Assembly: GCA_020854755.1 (NCBI GenBank)
Contig: JAHKLN010000011.1
Coordinates: forward strand, 2,131 to 66,130
DNA: 64,000 bases
Source: Methanomicrobiaceae archaeon
GTDB lineage: Archaea; Halobacteriota; Methanomicrobia; Methanomicrobiales; Methanoculleaceae
Direction of reading: 5' to 3'
Each line of letters begins with the position of its first letter. Position 1 is the stretch's first letter. A program made the translations under genes and the position numbers. Positions 19,088 to 28,197 of this stretch are shown piece after piece. Under the pieces are notes generated by a model that did not search any database, was not told the origin of the DNA, and saw nothing but the letters and a program-made list of their open reading frames with translations.

Positions 19088-19717
19088 TCAATCGTCAGGG
19101 ATCAGAAAGAGCCCCAGCAGATTCGCATGGGTCGTTCCCATCGTCTCGACACTGACGCCCTTTGCCGCCATGAGCCCGGATATCACGGCATCGGCAAAGA
19201 CCCAGGCGGCCGTCTCAAAGAAAGTGCCGAGGGGGGAGAAACAGGTCCGCTCCTCTCTGGCGTCCGGCCTCAGGAACGGATCGCAGGGGATTTCAATGAT
19301 GTAATGGGCAATCTGCCCGGCGGGTGAATCCCTATTGCCGGTGACCACGCAGATTGCTGCTCCCCCGGTATGCGCTGCCTTCACAGCGAACCGGGTCGCA
19401 ACCCCATCTCTTCCCGTGCTCGAGAAGAGGATGAGGAGATCGCCTGCCATGCTGCCTGTTGTTACTTGCGGCACGATCGTCTCGCCGACAACATACGTGG
19501 GGATTCCCAGGTGGGTGAGCCGCATGGCAAATACACATGCAACCAGCCCGGACCGGCCCATACCGAGGACGAATATGCGGCGGGCATCGAGGATCGCGGC
19601 TAGAAATGCAGTGACGTCGTCTCTGGCGATGGTATCGGTCACCTGTGCGAGGCTCTCCGCCATTGAGCGCATCATTGTCTTTACATAGGATTCGAAGTCG
19701 CGTTCCGTGAGATCCAT
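19088..19717 (-). CDS. SIS-domain sugar-phosphate isomerase (6-phospho-3-hexuloisomerase-like)
   Basis: RIFVLGMGRSGLVACVFAMRLTHLG, LLILFSSTGRDG and ICVVTGN give the typical SIS layout. Confidence 0.8.
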   Translation of the reverse strand: MDLTERDFESYVKTMMRSMAESLAQVTDTIARDDVTAFLAAILDARRIFVLGMGRSGLVACVFAMRLTHLGIPTYVVGETIVPQVTTGSMAGDLLILFSSTGRDGVATRFAVKAAHTGGAAICVVTGNRDSPAGQIAHYIIEIPCDPFLRPDAREERTCFSPLGTFFETAAWVFADAVISGLMAAKGVSVETMGTTHANLLGLFLIPDD

Positions 19718-20112
19718 GCGGACTACGGTTCCCGTATGGGTGCCGGCGGATGAAAAAAAATGGTATGCCCGGAAGCGAAGGCCCTCGTCTCCGGCGGAAG
19801 GCGCGTCATACGCGGAGAGCGGCCGGGAGATCCCTGCGTGGACGTTTGCAGGGCTATCTGCCCGGGGCAGGGCCGTTGAGCCTGCAACGCAGGAACATCC
19901 TGAGGATGTCGCAACAAAGCCGGGGAAGAGCCGGATCGTACCGGTGACCCGTGCATTGCTGCGTGGCAGCTCACTCCCCGGCCTGAGGACTGGGGACTTC
20001 CCGCTCCGCCCCCTTCACCCCCGCATGTTACAGGGCATTGCAGCGCCGATCACCCCCGGGGGGGAGATCAGGGCTTGTGAGACAGCCGGCCCGCCGGTGG
20101 CACGCGGATCTG

Positions 20113-20208
20113 CCGGGAAGCGAATACGCGGTGATCCCGGATGCCGGGCATGTCGCGCACCAGGACAACCCCGAAGGGTTCAACCGGGTGCTGCGGGCAT
20201 TTCAGGAA
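20113..20208 (+). pseudogene. possible C-terminal remnant of an alpha/beta hydrolase
   Basis: Only PGSEYAVIPDAGHVAHQDNPEGFNRVLRAFQEE (the catalytic-His region of the fold) is present. No upstream nucleophile-elbow region is found in any frame. Confidence 0.3.
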
Positions 20209-20427
20209 GAATGGCCGGCGGGAGGGATTGAGAGGGAGATCACAACGCTTCTCATGGTGAAGCCCGGGCTGCAGATTTCGCAGATCCCTGCAGCGATGAA
20301 GGCCGCATGGCTGCGAGGTCATGCAGCACCCCTCCTGCAAGGACAGACCTGAAGATCAGGAGCAGAATGCGCAGAGCAACGGTGGTCTATATTGCCTGCC
20401 TTCGATCATGGTTCCAGATCAGAATCT

Positions 20428-20474
20428 TGTTGTTTCCTGAACGGAAACATTTTGTTCACGGAGCGGAAACAACA
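20428..20474 (+). promoter_or_regulatory. nested inverted repeats overlapping the start of the wHTH-nucleotidyltransferase gene
   Basis: TGTTGTTTCC (20428..20437) is the reverse complement of GGAAACAACA (20465..20474). An inner GTTTCC-TGAAC-GGAAAC hairpin lies between them, and CGGAAACA occurs twice. Confidence 0.35.
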
Positions 20475-21031
20475 TGCGAGAACCGGTACTAAGCGACCTC
20501 TTCAGGACTGAAGAACGGATACGCGTCCTCCGCTATGTAGCAGGGCGGCAAACAGTTGCGGCAACGGGAGTTGTCGAAGCAACAGGGGTCTCAAAAGCTC
20601 TGGTTTCACGCTACCTGCACCTGCTTGTCCGGGAGGAGTTCTGCACGCAGGATGGCCGGGCATATCTCTGGGAGGAGAATGCCAGAAGTCTGGCGGTAAA
20701 GTGCCTGCTCAACATCGATCTTCTCATGGCGGTGGTTCCGCTCCCGGGGTGGGCGGGGGGTATAGGCGTCTACGGGAGTTTTGCAGAAGGGACAAACACA
20801 GCCGACAGCGATCTCGATCTCTGGGTGCTCGTCGACGAATACACACCCGACCTCCTGATGCTTGCAGCAAGGGTTGAGAAGACTGTTAGTGCAGCAGCAG
20901 GAGTTGAGACAAATATACTCATAATTACCCCTGAAAGGCTATCGGAACTCCGCGAGACTGATGAACCGTTCTATGCCGGCCTCATGAGGTGGGGCGTCAC
21001 AATCAGGGGTGAATCCATTGACAACGATTGA
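20474..21031 (+). CDS. winged-HTH + minimal nucleotidyltransferase (MNT-type antitoxin-like)
   Basis: N-terminal HTH IRVLRYVAGRQTVAATGVVEATGVSKALVSRYLHLL. NTase motif YGSFAEGTNTADSDLDLWVLV. Confidence 0.8.
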   Translation: MREPVLSDLFRTEERIRVLRYVAGRQTVAATGVVEATGVSKALVSRYLHLLVREEFCTQDGRAYLWEENARSLAVKCLLNIDLLMAVVPLPGWAGGIGVYGSFAEGTNTADSDLDLWVLVDEYTPDLLMLAARVEKTVSAAAGVETNILIITPERLSELRETDEPFYAGLMRWGVTIRGESIDND

Positions 21032-21034
21032 TGA

Positions 21035-21471
21035 TTGCTACTCGGAAAAATGCTCCGCAGGGTCAGGCCGTCCGCAGAGAAGGCGAACGAGTCGCTCAGC
21101 CTGGCCTCATCCTATCTTGCGGAGGCACGGCAGGTTGCCGGGGTCGGCGCGAACAGGATGAGCCTGACAGGAGCATATATGGCATGGTTCCATGCTGCCC
21201 GTGCCGTGCTCTTCCGAGATGGTATCCGTGAGAAGAGCCATTATTGCATCGAACTGTATCCTGAACATATGTAAAGTCCGGAGATCTTGAAGACGCATGG
21301 GTATTGATGTTTGGCAGGATGAGGGCACAGCGGCATGAAAGTCAGTACTCATTCGCGCCTGCGCCTACCGATGCGGAGGTCTCGGCCGCCGTCCTGCATG
21401 CCGGGAGGTGTATCGAGAGGATGAGGCGCTTGCTCTCCAAGACGCCGAAAAGGGAATGGAAGGGAAGATAA
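21035..21471 (+). pseudogene. HEPN-domain gene interrupted by a frameshift near 21265-21274
   Basis: Frame 1 (21035..21274) gives ...YMAWFHAARAVLFRDGIREKSHYCIELYPEHM*. The reading continues in another frame from ~21265 as ...VKSGDLEDAWVLMFGRMRAQRHESQYSFAPAPTDAEVSAAVLHAGRCIERMRRLL... to TAA 21469..21471. The second frame carries an Rx4-6H HEPN-type motif (RMRAQRH). Confidence 0.6.
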
Positions 21472-21733
21472 CTCTACTGTTTAACAGCGAGTGGCCATTG
21501 CATCACAGCAGTGTTTTAACTTGTGAGAGTGAAAGGGGCGAGGCAGGAAGTCCCCGACCGGGAGTGCGCGGTAGTATACAGTGTGAAACCCTAACCATGC
21601 ATCAATGCCGGCTGGGGTGATTTTTTCTGTGGCTACGACAATAATAGTAAAAAGATCATCATTGCGGGGGGATGCCCGGACCATCGCCCCGCTATCGATT
21701 CGAACAGAATCGTCTGGATGAATACGAGGCACC

Positions 21734-22642
21734 ATGCCAGAGAAAGGAGGGGGGATCTCCTATTGCCCGCCGGATATCGGATCGCTTCGGGCTGACGGGT
21801 ATTATCCGGTCGACATGCACCTGCACACCAATCATTCGGACGGCCGCACCGGGATTTGGGATATCCTCCGGTATGCAACAGCAAAAAAGATCGGCGTTGC
21901 AATAACCGATCACAACGAGATACGCGGATCGCTGGAAGCGATATCGAAAAGACCTGAGATCCTGGTGATCCCGGGCATCGAACTTGATACGGAGGAAGGG
22001 CCGCATCTCCTCTTTTATTTCTATACTGCCGGTGATTTGCAGGATTTCTTCCATGATCTTTCCCGTGAGCGAAACCGGCAGACACCCGGTCTTCCAGAGA
22101 ACCTGCCGGTGCTGGAGTGCCTGCAGATTGCCGCAGACTATGACTGCCTCCGGGTAGCCGCCCACCCGTATGGGTACTTCGGCATCAACCGGGGAGTCCT
22201 GAAATGTGTCGAGAAACAGATGCTCCCCGGCGTTCTCGATCATATCGACGGCATAGAAGCCATCTGCGGGGGCATGATGCACGGCCTGAACGCGAAGGCC
22301 ATCGGATATGCACGGCGGCATGAGGTCGCGTATACCGGCGGATCGGATGCCCATATCCTCTCGGACGTCGGCAATGTGGTGACCGCCGGTACGGCCGATA
22401 CGGTGGAAGAGTTTCTGGATGGAATAATCCGGAGGGAGAACCTGGTCGTCGGCGAGCCCGGGGGATATCTGGCAAAGGGTGCGACCGCCGGGGTCATTGC
22501 CTGGAGTTTCGTCCCGTATTCCATCGCCATGATAGGTGCCCGCTGTTCGGTCCGGAGACGCCGGGCATCAGCACTGGTCTCGTCCTGCTGCAGCAGGATT
22601 CCGGCATACTGCGGCACAGAACAGGAAGACGATGGATCATAG
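21734..22642 (+). CDS. PHP-domain metal-dependent phosphoesterase
   Basis: VDMHLHTNHSDG, AITDHN, AAHPYGY and GGSDAH are PHP motifs. Confidence 0.8.
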   Translation: MPEKGGGISYCPPDIGSLRADGYYPVDMHLHTNHSDGRTGIWDILRYATAKKIGVAITDHNEIRGSLEAISKRPEILVIPGIELDTEEGPHLLFYFYTAGDLQDFFHDLSRERNRQTPGLPENLPVLECLQIAADYDCLRVAAHPYGYFGINRGVLKCVEKQMLPGVLDHIDGIEAICGGMMHGLNAKAIGYARRHEVAYTGGSDAHILSDVGNVVTAGTADTVEEFLDGIIRRENLVVGEPGGYLAKGATAGVIAWSFVPYSIAMIGARCSVRRRRASALVSSCCSRIPAYCGTEQEDDGS

Positions 22643-24109
22643 GAGCGGGGAGAAAAGCCTCGATATCGACTTTTTTATCCGGATCGTCATGGGCAGGGCT
22701 GCAAACCGCTCCCGGGTCAGCTCTGTGCAGACCAGGAGATCCTGGTCGAATATCTCCTTGAGCTCCTTTGCGACGGCATGGTCGTACATGATGACATTTG
22801 TCTCGAAATTGAGGTTGAAGCTCCTGACATCCCAGTTGGCGCTCCCCACCGATGCCGCGGCCTCGTCGACGACGATCGTCTTCGCGTGGATAAACCCGTT
22901 GTCATAGGTGTATGCCCGGACGCCTGCGTCCAGGAGCTGTTTGATATACGAATATCCTGCCCAGTAGACGAACGGGTGATCCGGCTTTGAGGGTATCATG
23001 ATCCGCACGTCAATGCCGGACAGGGCGGCCATCCGCAGGGCGTCCATGATACTATCGTCAGGAATGAAATAGGGGGTCTGGATGTATACCGACTCTGTCG
23101 CCAGCGTGATCAGTTTGAGATAGGCCTCCTTGATCGGGCTCCAGTAGGTATCCGGACCGCCCGACACCACCTGCATCGGAAGCCAGGTGTCGGGCCGGGT
23201 GCCGATGTCCGGGAAATAGCGAGGAGAAAACTCGAGTCTTTCCTCTTTTGCTGCATAATTCCAGTCAAGGATGAAGCGAATCTGCATCGAACGTACCGCA
23301 TGGCCTTCCACCACAACAGCCGTATCGCGCCAGGGCGCCCACCTCGGGTCGCGGCTTAAGTTATCGTCGCCGATGTTGAACCCGCCGATGAACCCGACCG
23401 TCCCGTCAATGACTGCGATCTTGCGATGGTTACGGTAATTGAGCCTCGGATGCCGTATGTTTAAGAGAGAGGGGAAGAAGAATGCCAGCTTTCCTCCCGC
23501 CTCGAGATAGGGTGTGTAGAAGGATTTTTTTGGACCTGCCGCACCAAACCCGTCGGCAAGGAACCTGACCGTCACACCCGCGTTTGCCCGCTCGGTCAAT
23601 GCTGCAAAGACTTCGTTGCCGATCCGGTCATCCTTGAGGATATAATATTCCATGTGAATATGGTCCTGCGCCCCCCGGATGGCCTCGAGCAGGGCATCGA
23701 ACTTGTCATTGCCGTCGGTAAAGATCTTCACCCGGTTGTCTGTCGTCACGAGCGCCATGTTGCTCTCCATCAGCATGATCATCATCCGCCTGTACGGATC
23801 AGGGAACGCGTGCGGTTTCGGGATTTCGTATCTGAAGAGGTCCTTCTTCTGGGATTCTATCTGGTAGGTCAGGGCCTCGTCATACTCTTTCTTCCCCCCA
23901 AACATCCTGCCCCGGTAAATACTCTGGCCAACGAAGAGATAGAGGACAAATCCGATGACCGGCAGCAGGAACAGGGCCATCAGCCATGCGATGGTCGAAC
24001 TCGGGTTTTTCCGCTCGATAAAGACCACGGTCAGTGCAAAAAAGATGTTTATCAGGAAGACGATCGGGATGATGAAGTATAGGATGAATTGAAGCGCTCC
24101 GGCCATCAT
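22637..24109 (-). CDS. cls: cardiolipin synthase (PLD superfamily, two HKD motifs)
   Basis: Two N-terminal TM helices. HKD motifs NHRKIAVIDG...GGFNIGD and FIHAKTIVVDEAAASVGSANWDVRS. Confidence 0.9.
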   Translation of the reverse strand: MMAGALQFILYFIIPIVFLINIFFALTVVFIERKNPSSTIAWLMALFLLPVIGFVLYLFVGQSIYRGRMFGGKKEYDEALTYQIESQKKDLFRYEIPKPHAFPDPYRRMMIMLMESNMALVTTDNRVKIFTDGNDKFDALLEAIRGAQDHIHMEYYILKDDRIGNEVFAALTERANAGVTVRFLADGFGAAGPKKSFYTPYLEAGGKLAFFFPSLLNIRHPRLNYRNHRKIAVIDGTVGFIGGFNIGDDNLSRDPRWAPWRDTAVVVEGHAVRSMQIRFILDWNYAAKEERLEFSPRYFPDIGTRPDTWLPMQVVSGGPDTYWSPIKEAYLKLITLATESVYIQTPYFIPDDSIMDALRMAALSGIDVRIMIPSKPDHPFVYWAGYSYIKQLLDAGVRAYTYDNGFIHAKTIVVDEAAASVGSANWDVRSFNLNFETNVIMYDHAVAKELKEIFDQDLLVCTELTRERFAALPMTIRIKKSISRLFSPLL

Positions 24110-24229
24110 GTCTTTTCACTGTCAGCACAGCTAGGTTGATCCTCCCTGTATAGAATGCTAGCGAAGTTTCAGACCCGAACAGAACGCCACTGACATACCG
24201 AAGAGGGCAGACATCACCGCTCGCCCGCG

Positions 24230-24601
24230 TTCCCATCGCCCCCCCGCTCTCCGTTTTGGCCACCGTGAAACAGGCCGTCTTTATAAATCGCGGGAAACGA
24301 ACCACGCACCGAGAGCAGATCGGGCGCAACGGCGGAGAGGCGAGGCCGGAGCCGACGTTCCAGACCCTGGTTACCCATTGCTCAAACTCGGTGTCATGGG
24401 TGACGCCCCGTTCCAGGGTGATCGGCTCGTACTTCGCCCGGCCCGGCGATTTTCGCAAGGAGGGGGGCTCCTCTTCCCGGTGGTCGGCGTGAGCGCACCG
24501 ATCTTTGGTACTCCCGCAACGTACCGGCCGTCCCGCTTCACGCGGAACTTGAAGTTCTTATAGGGATCGAACCTCTGCGGATTGACGCTGAAATCGACCA
24601 T
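24230..24601 (-). pseudogene. frameshifted, 3'-decayed copy of the eCIS tube gene
   Basis: MVDFSVNPQRFDPYKNFKFRVKRDGRYVAGVPKIGAL (ORF 24371..24601) continues in another frame as KSPGRAKYEPITLERGVTHDTEFEQWVTRVWNVGSGL (within ORF 23880..24458). Compare the intact tube at 49569..50096. The lower boundary is approximate. Confidence 0.7.
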
Positions 24602-24614
24602 ACCGACTCGCCTC

Positions 24615-25045
24615 CTATGTCTGCATCTCTCCGGCGATCTGCTGGATCTTGATGATCACGAACTCTGCGGGCTCGAGCGGTGCAAAACCGACGACGATGT
24701 TGACCATCCCCCGGATGCCGCCAAACAGGCTTTCTTCGATGAAGAGGGCCATCCTGCGCACCGGGATGTATCTGTACTCGTCGGCGAACCGGTCGCCTTC
24801 CTGCAGCGTCCGCGCGCCCAGCAGTGCTGCATCGAGGCCTGCAGGAGACTTCCAGACCCCCGGGTTGCATCCGTCCCGGCAACGATGCCGGCGATCATGC
24901 CGCAGGGCGCGAAGGTATCGAGCGGTCCACCCGGTTCGGGTCCGCCTGGATCACCCGGGGGAAGAAGAGGGCGGCATTCCGGGTCTCTTTCCCGGTCAGG
25001 CCCAGAGTCGCCAGGCCGTTCCGCGCGGACGCGGCATGCCGCCGC
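24615..25045 (-). pseudogene. 5'-truncated, internally deleted copy of the eCIS sheath gene (3' part only)
   Basis: ARNGLATLGLTGKETRNAALFFPRVIQADPNR matches sheath residues ~309-340. DNA next to the stop (24615..24617) is near-identical to 50033..50180. Antisense ORF 24582..25088 parallels 50077..51129 with two blocks missing. The upper boundary is approximate. Confidence 0.7.
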
Positions 25046-25198
25046 CCAGCACTCTTCCGGGAGGGGGCACCATCATTATCATGATTAAGGGCGACAGTAA
25101 TCGGTACATACCAATCCGTAACACTGGCGAAATATGAGAGCATATCGAACACACAAGATACTTTCGCACATCAGCGGGCTTACTGGCGGGCGGCCCAT

Positions 25199-27118
25199 AT
25201 GACGTCACCTGACAATGCCACCGGATCCGAAGGCATCCAGCGCAGACGCCGGCTGCTGGCTGCCGCTCCCGTTTTTCTGCTGACGCTGGTCTTTGCTGTG
25301 CAGTTCTTCGTGGATATTCCCATCGATGTAATCGCTCCCTTTCAGGCAGCGCTCAACATCCTCCTGAACGTGGGGTTCATTGTTCTGGCTGCTCTCGTGG
25401 CCTGGGGCGTGGTGAAGATCGGCCGGCTGCAGCTCGTCTGGATGGGATCCGGCATCCTCGTGCTGGGTCTGGCCATTCTGACTGCGAATCTGGTCGGAAG
25501 CCCGATCAGCCTGAATACGGGTATACAGATACAGAATATCGGCGCTCTTCTCGCCGGTTCCCTCCATTTCATCGGCGCCCTGATGGCAGTCTTCTCGATC
25601 GGCCTGCTGAGGCCGGATCGGCGGCAGCGGACAATCGCTCTCGCGGCCGGCTACGGCGGCGGCATTGCGGCTGTAGTACTCGTCGTCCTCCTGAGCGCAG
25701 CTTCGGCGCTCCCCGTTTTCTTCATCCCCGGAGAGGGCGGAACCCCGATCCGGCAGGCGGTCATCACCCTCGCTGCAGTTCTTTTTGCCGCCTCCGCCCT
25801 GCTGCTATTCGTGCAGTACTCCCGGTCGCGCTCGTCGTTCCTGTACATGTACAGCCTGGCGCTGACTTTTCTGAGCCTCGGGCAGCTCGCATACCTGTTT
25901 GCCGTCACATCAGGCGACATCATGTCATGGATCGGCAGGGTGGGGCAGTGGGGCGCCTCCATCTACTTCCTGATCGCCCTGTTCCTGCTGTTCCACCTCT
26001 CGCGCAGCCGCCTTGGTGACGTTCACCACCTGCTGGACGGCATCTTTCCCCCCTCCAGCGAAGGCTATAGGCTCCTGATTGAGGCATCCCCCGATGCAAT
26101 CATCGGCCTGGATGCCGAAGGGCGCGTGCTGGTATGGAACTCCGCCGCCGAGAAGATACTCGGCTACAGCAGCAGAGAGGCAATGGGGCGGCCTCTCGGG
26201 GATCTGCTGGGCATCCGGCTATCCTGGCGTGATAGCGGCGCCTCCGCCAATCCCGGCACGCAGGAGTCAGAAGAGCTCCTGCTGCGACGGCAGGACGGCA
26301 GAGAAGTGTGGCTGGGCATCTCGGTGGCTCACGGTGCTGTTCGCGGGCATCCGGTTGCCACCGTCAACATACGGGATATCACCAGGCGGAAGCGTGCAGA
26401 GCTATCGCTCCGCGAGAGCGAAGAGAGGTACCGCCAGCTCCACCGGCAGCTGGAGATCGCAAACAGGGAGACGAGCCTCTACCTCGACATCCTCACCCAC
26501 GATATCGGCAACACCGAGAACGTCTCGAACCTCTACGACGATATCCTCGTCGAGACGGTGGAGGGGGAGGCGCTCGGCTACGCGGAGAAACTCCGGCGGA
26601 GCATCAAAAAGAGCATCGAGATACTCGATACCGTCTCAAAGATTCGCCGGATCCATCAGGCTTCACCCGATCTCAGGCCGGTCGATCTTGATGCAGCGAT
26701 CCGCGACGGGGTCCGGGAGTTCCCTGACAGGCCCGTCTACTATGACGGCATTCCCCTCTGGGTGTGGGCGGACGACCTCCTCGGTGTGGTAACGAGCAAC
26801 CTGATCGGCAACGCCGTCAGGCACGGCGGGCCGGATGTCCGGATTGCCGTCAGGGTAGAGGGGCTGGAGGGTGAGGTCCTGGTCTCGGTCGAGGATACCG
26901 GACCCGGGATCCCGGCTGCCGGGAAGCTTGAAGTCTTCCGGCGGTATGAGCAGCAGAAGCGGGGAGTTGGCGAAGGGCTCGGGCTCTATCTGGTGCAGAT
27001 CCTCATCGAGCGCTACGGCGGGCGCGTCTGGGCCGATGACCGGGTGCCCGGGCGTCCGGAGGAGGGGGCGGCGTTCCGGTTCACGCTCCGGCAGGCGGAT
27101 CAGGATGGAGAGGACTGA
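25199..27118 (+). CDS. membrane sensor histidine kinase (multi-TM N-terminus, PAS, HisKA-like THDIxN, HATPase_c)
   Basis: ~8 hydrophobic helices, then PAS (PDAIIGLDAEGRVLVWNSAAEKILGY), phospho-acceptor LDILTHDIGNTEN, and N/G boxes NLIGNAVRHG, DTGPGI, GLGLYLV. Confidence 0.85.
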   Translation: MTSPDNATGSEGIQRRRRLLAAAPVFLLTLVFAVQFFVDIPIDVIAPFQAALNILLNVGFIVLAALVAWGVVKIGRLQLVWMGSGILVLGLAILTANLVGSPISLNTGIQIQNIGALLAGSLHFIGALMAVFSIGLLRPDRRQRTIALAAGYGGGIAAVVLVVLLSAASALPVFFIPGEGGTPIRQAVITLAAVLFAASALLLFVQYSRSRSSFLYMYSLALTFLSLGQLAYLFAVTSGDIMSWIGRVGQWGASIYFLIALFLLFHLSRSRLGDVHHLLDGIFPPSSEGYRLLIEASPDAIIGLDAEGRVLVWNSAAEKILGYSSREAMGRPLGDLLGIRLSWRDSGASANPGTQESEELLLRRQDGREVWLGISVAHGAVRGHPVATVNIRDITRRKRAELSLRESEERYRQLHRQLEIANRETSLYLDILTHDIGNTENVSNLYDDILVETVEGEALGYAEKLRRSIKKSIEILDTVSKIRRIHQASPDLRPVDLDAAIRDGVREFPDRPVYYDGIPLWVWADDLLGVVTSNLIGNAVRHGGPDVRIAVRVEGLEGEVLVSVEDTGPGIPAAGKLEVFRRYEQQKRGVGEGLGLYLVQILIERYGGRVWADDRVPGRPEEGAAFRFTLRQADQDGED

Positions 27119-27195
27119 TTCTCTCCGGCACCGGTACAGCACCGCCGGGATAACGCACGGCCGGGGGAACGGGCCGCGCGGTTTGTCGAGCGGGT

Positions 27196-27755
27196 CGGGC
27201 TCGATGCCATCAGAAAGGACGTCCTGGCCTTCGTCCCCGGTATCCCGCTTGATGCAGCCCGCTCCGGGCAGAGATCCTCCCGCGAGCCTCCTTGTCTCCC
27301 GGGGGCAGGAAGAAGTGGGGCATGCCATACCTCCGGACGGTGCAGTATGCTGCGGGTAAAACGGATTTACAACGAACCTTCCGGGGACGATGGCCTCCGG
27401 ATCCTCGTCGACCGGCTCTGGCCGAGGGGCGTCCCGAAGGAGAAGGAGATCGCGCCGAGCCACGAGCTGCGGCGCTATTCCGCGGGGGCTTTGCATGAAA
27501 CCCCATAATGCCTTGAGGCCACAGGCATACAGCAGGAACATGGACGGTGACGCTCACCACCCAGTTCATATAAAACGCCCATGAAGCCGTTTTACGGCCA
27601 CAGGCGCAACGGATGAAAATTCATGAGTTTTCTGGAGCTCCCAGTACAGTGGGCCGAGGGAGACATCCTCATGGGGGTGGGGGGACCGGGGGGGAGACCC
27701 CTCCCCGAAAGCCGCCTCCCCCCGTGAGGATGGCCGGTGGGAAGCCGTATATGGG
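27196..27755 (+). repeat. direct-repeat copy A (deleted version of 53435..54383)
   Basis: Near-identical from CGGGCTCGATGCCATCAGAAAGGACG onward. Relative to copy B it lacks 27 bp inside the DUF488 ORF and ~340 bp (the DUF488 3' part plus downstream sequence). Similarity ends near GGGAAGCCGTATATGGG. Confidence 0.75.
27347..27508 (+). pseudogene. truncated DUF488 gene copy
   Basis: [43 protein letters not shown] then diverges to a stop. The intact paralog is 53587..53931. Confidence 0.6.
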
Positions 27756-28150
27756 AGAGCATATGAAGGACGTCCGTATCCACGGGCCGGTTCGATTTTT
27801 CAAAGAAAACCGGGATGAGGCCCGCATCGGCCGCATGCCTAGCGGCGGAGAGCGGGATCGGATTTGCCGGGAGGATGCTGGAAGAGCAGCGGTTCATCCT
27901 CGAGAGGGGACGGGCTGTACCTCCCCCGCAGCCGGATCGGGCAGAAGAGCATCGATCAGGAGTAGCAGTACGGCTTACGGCAATGAAGGATGGGAATGAG
28001 GTGGCCGGACTCGAACCGCATAGCAGACAACTCAGCGCATCGATCTTTTTGGTTTCACGGCATCTCAGCACTACTGCTGCATGTATGACGCGATTCCTGA
28101 TAACCGCATACTCTGCTTTACTCCGCCATTGCCCCTACCAGGGGTGTGCC

Positions 28151-28165
28151 ACCAAAAAATAATTG
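28151..28165 (-). terminator. oligo-T tract downstream of the last eCIS gene
   Basis: The minus strand reads ATTATTTTTTGGT about 35-45 nt after the TGA at 28200..28198. Archaeal terminators are typically oligo-T, so function is inferred. Confidence 0.35.
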
Positions 28166-28197
28166 GAGTCTGTGAGGATATCAATCTATCGGCAGAT

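Noticed and set aside
26663-27541. Minus-strand ORFs 26663..27541 and 53449..53889 that share peptide segments
   Set aside because: The shared segments arise only because both ORFs run antisense through the two DNA repeat copies. Elsewhere they are antisense to the histidine kinase and the DUF488 gene.
27998-28019. Minus-strand GGTTCGAGTCCGGCCACCTC resembling a tRNA T-loop/acceptor 3' end, considered as an integration-site remnant
   Set aside because: The preceding bases do not form a T-stem. No D-arm, anticodon arm or 5' acceptor strand can be built from 28020-28140. No matching intact tRNA and no integrase occur in the window. It may be chance.
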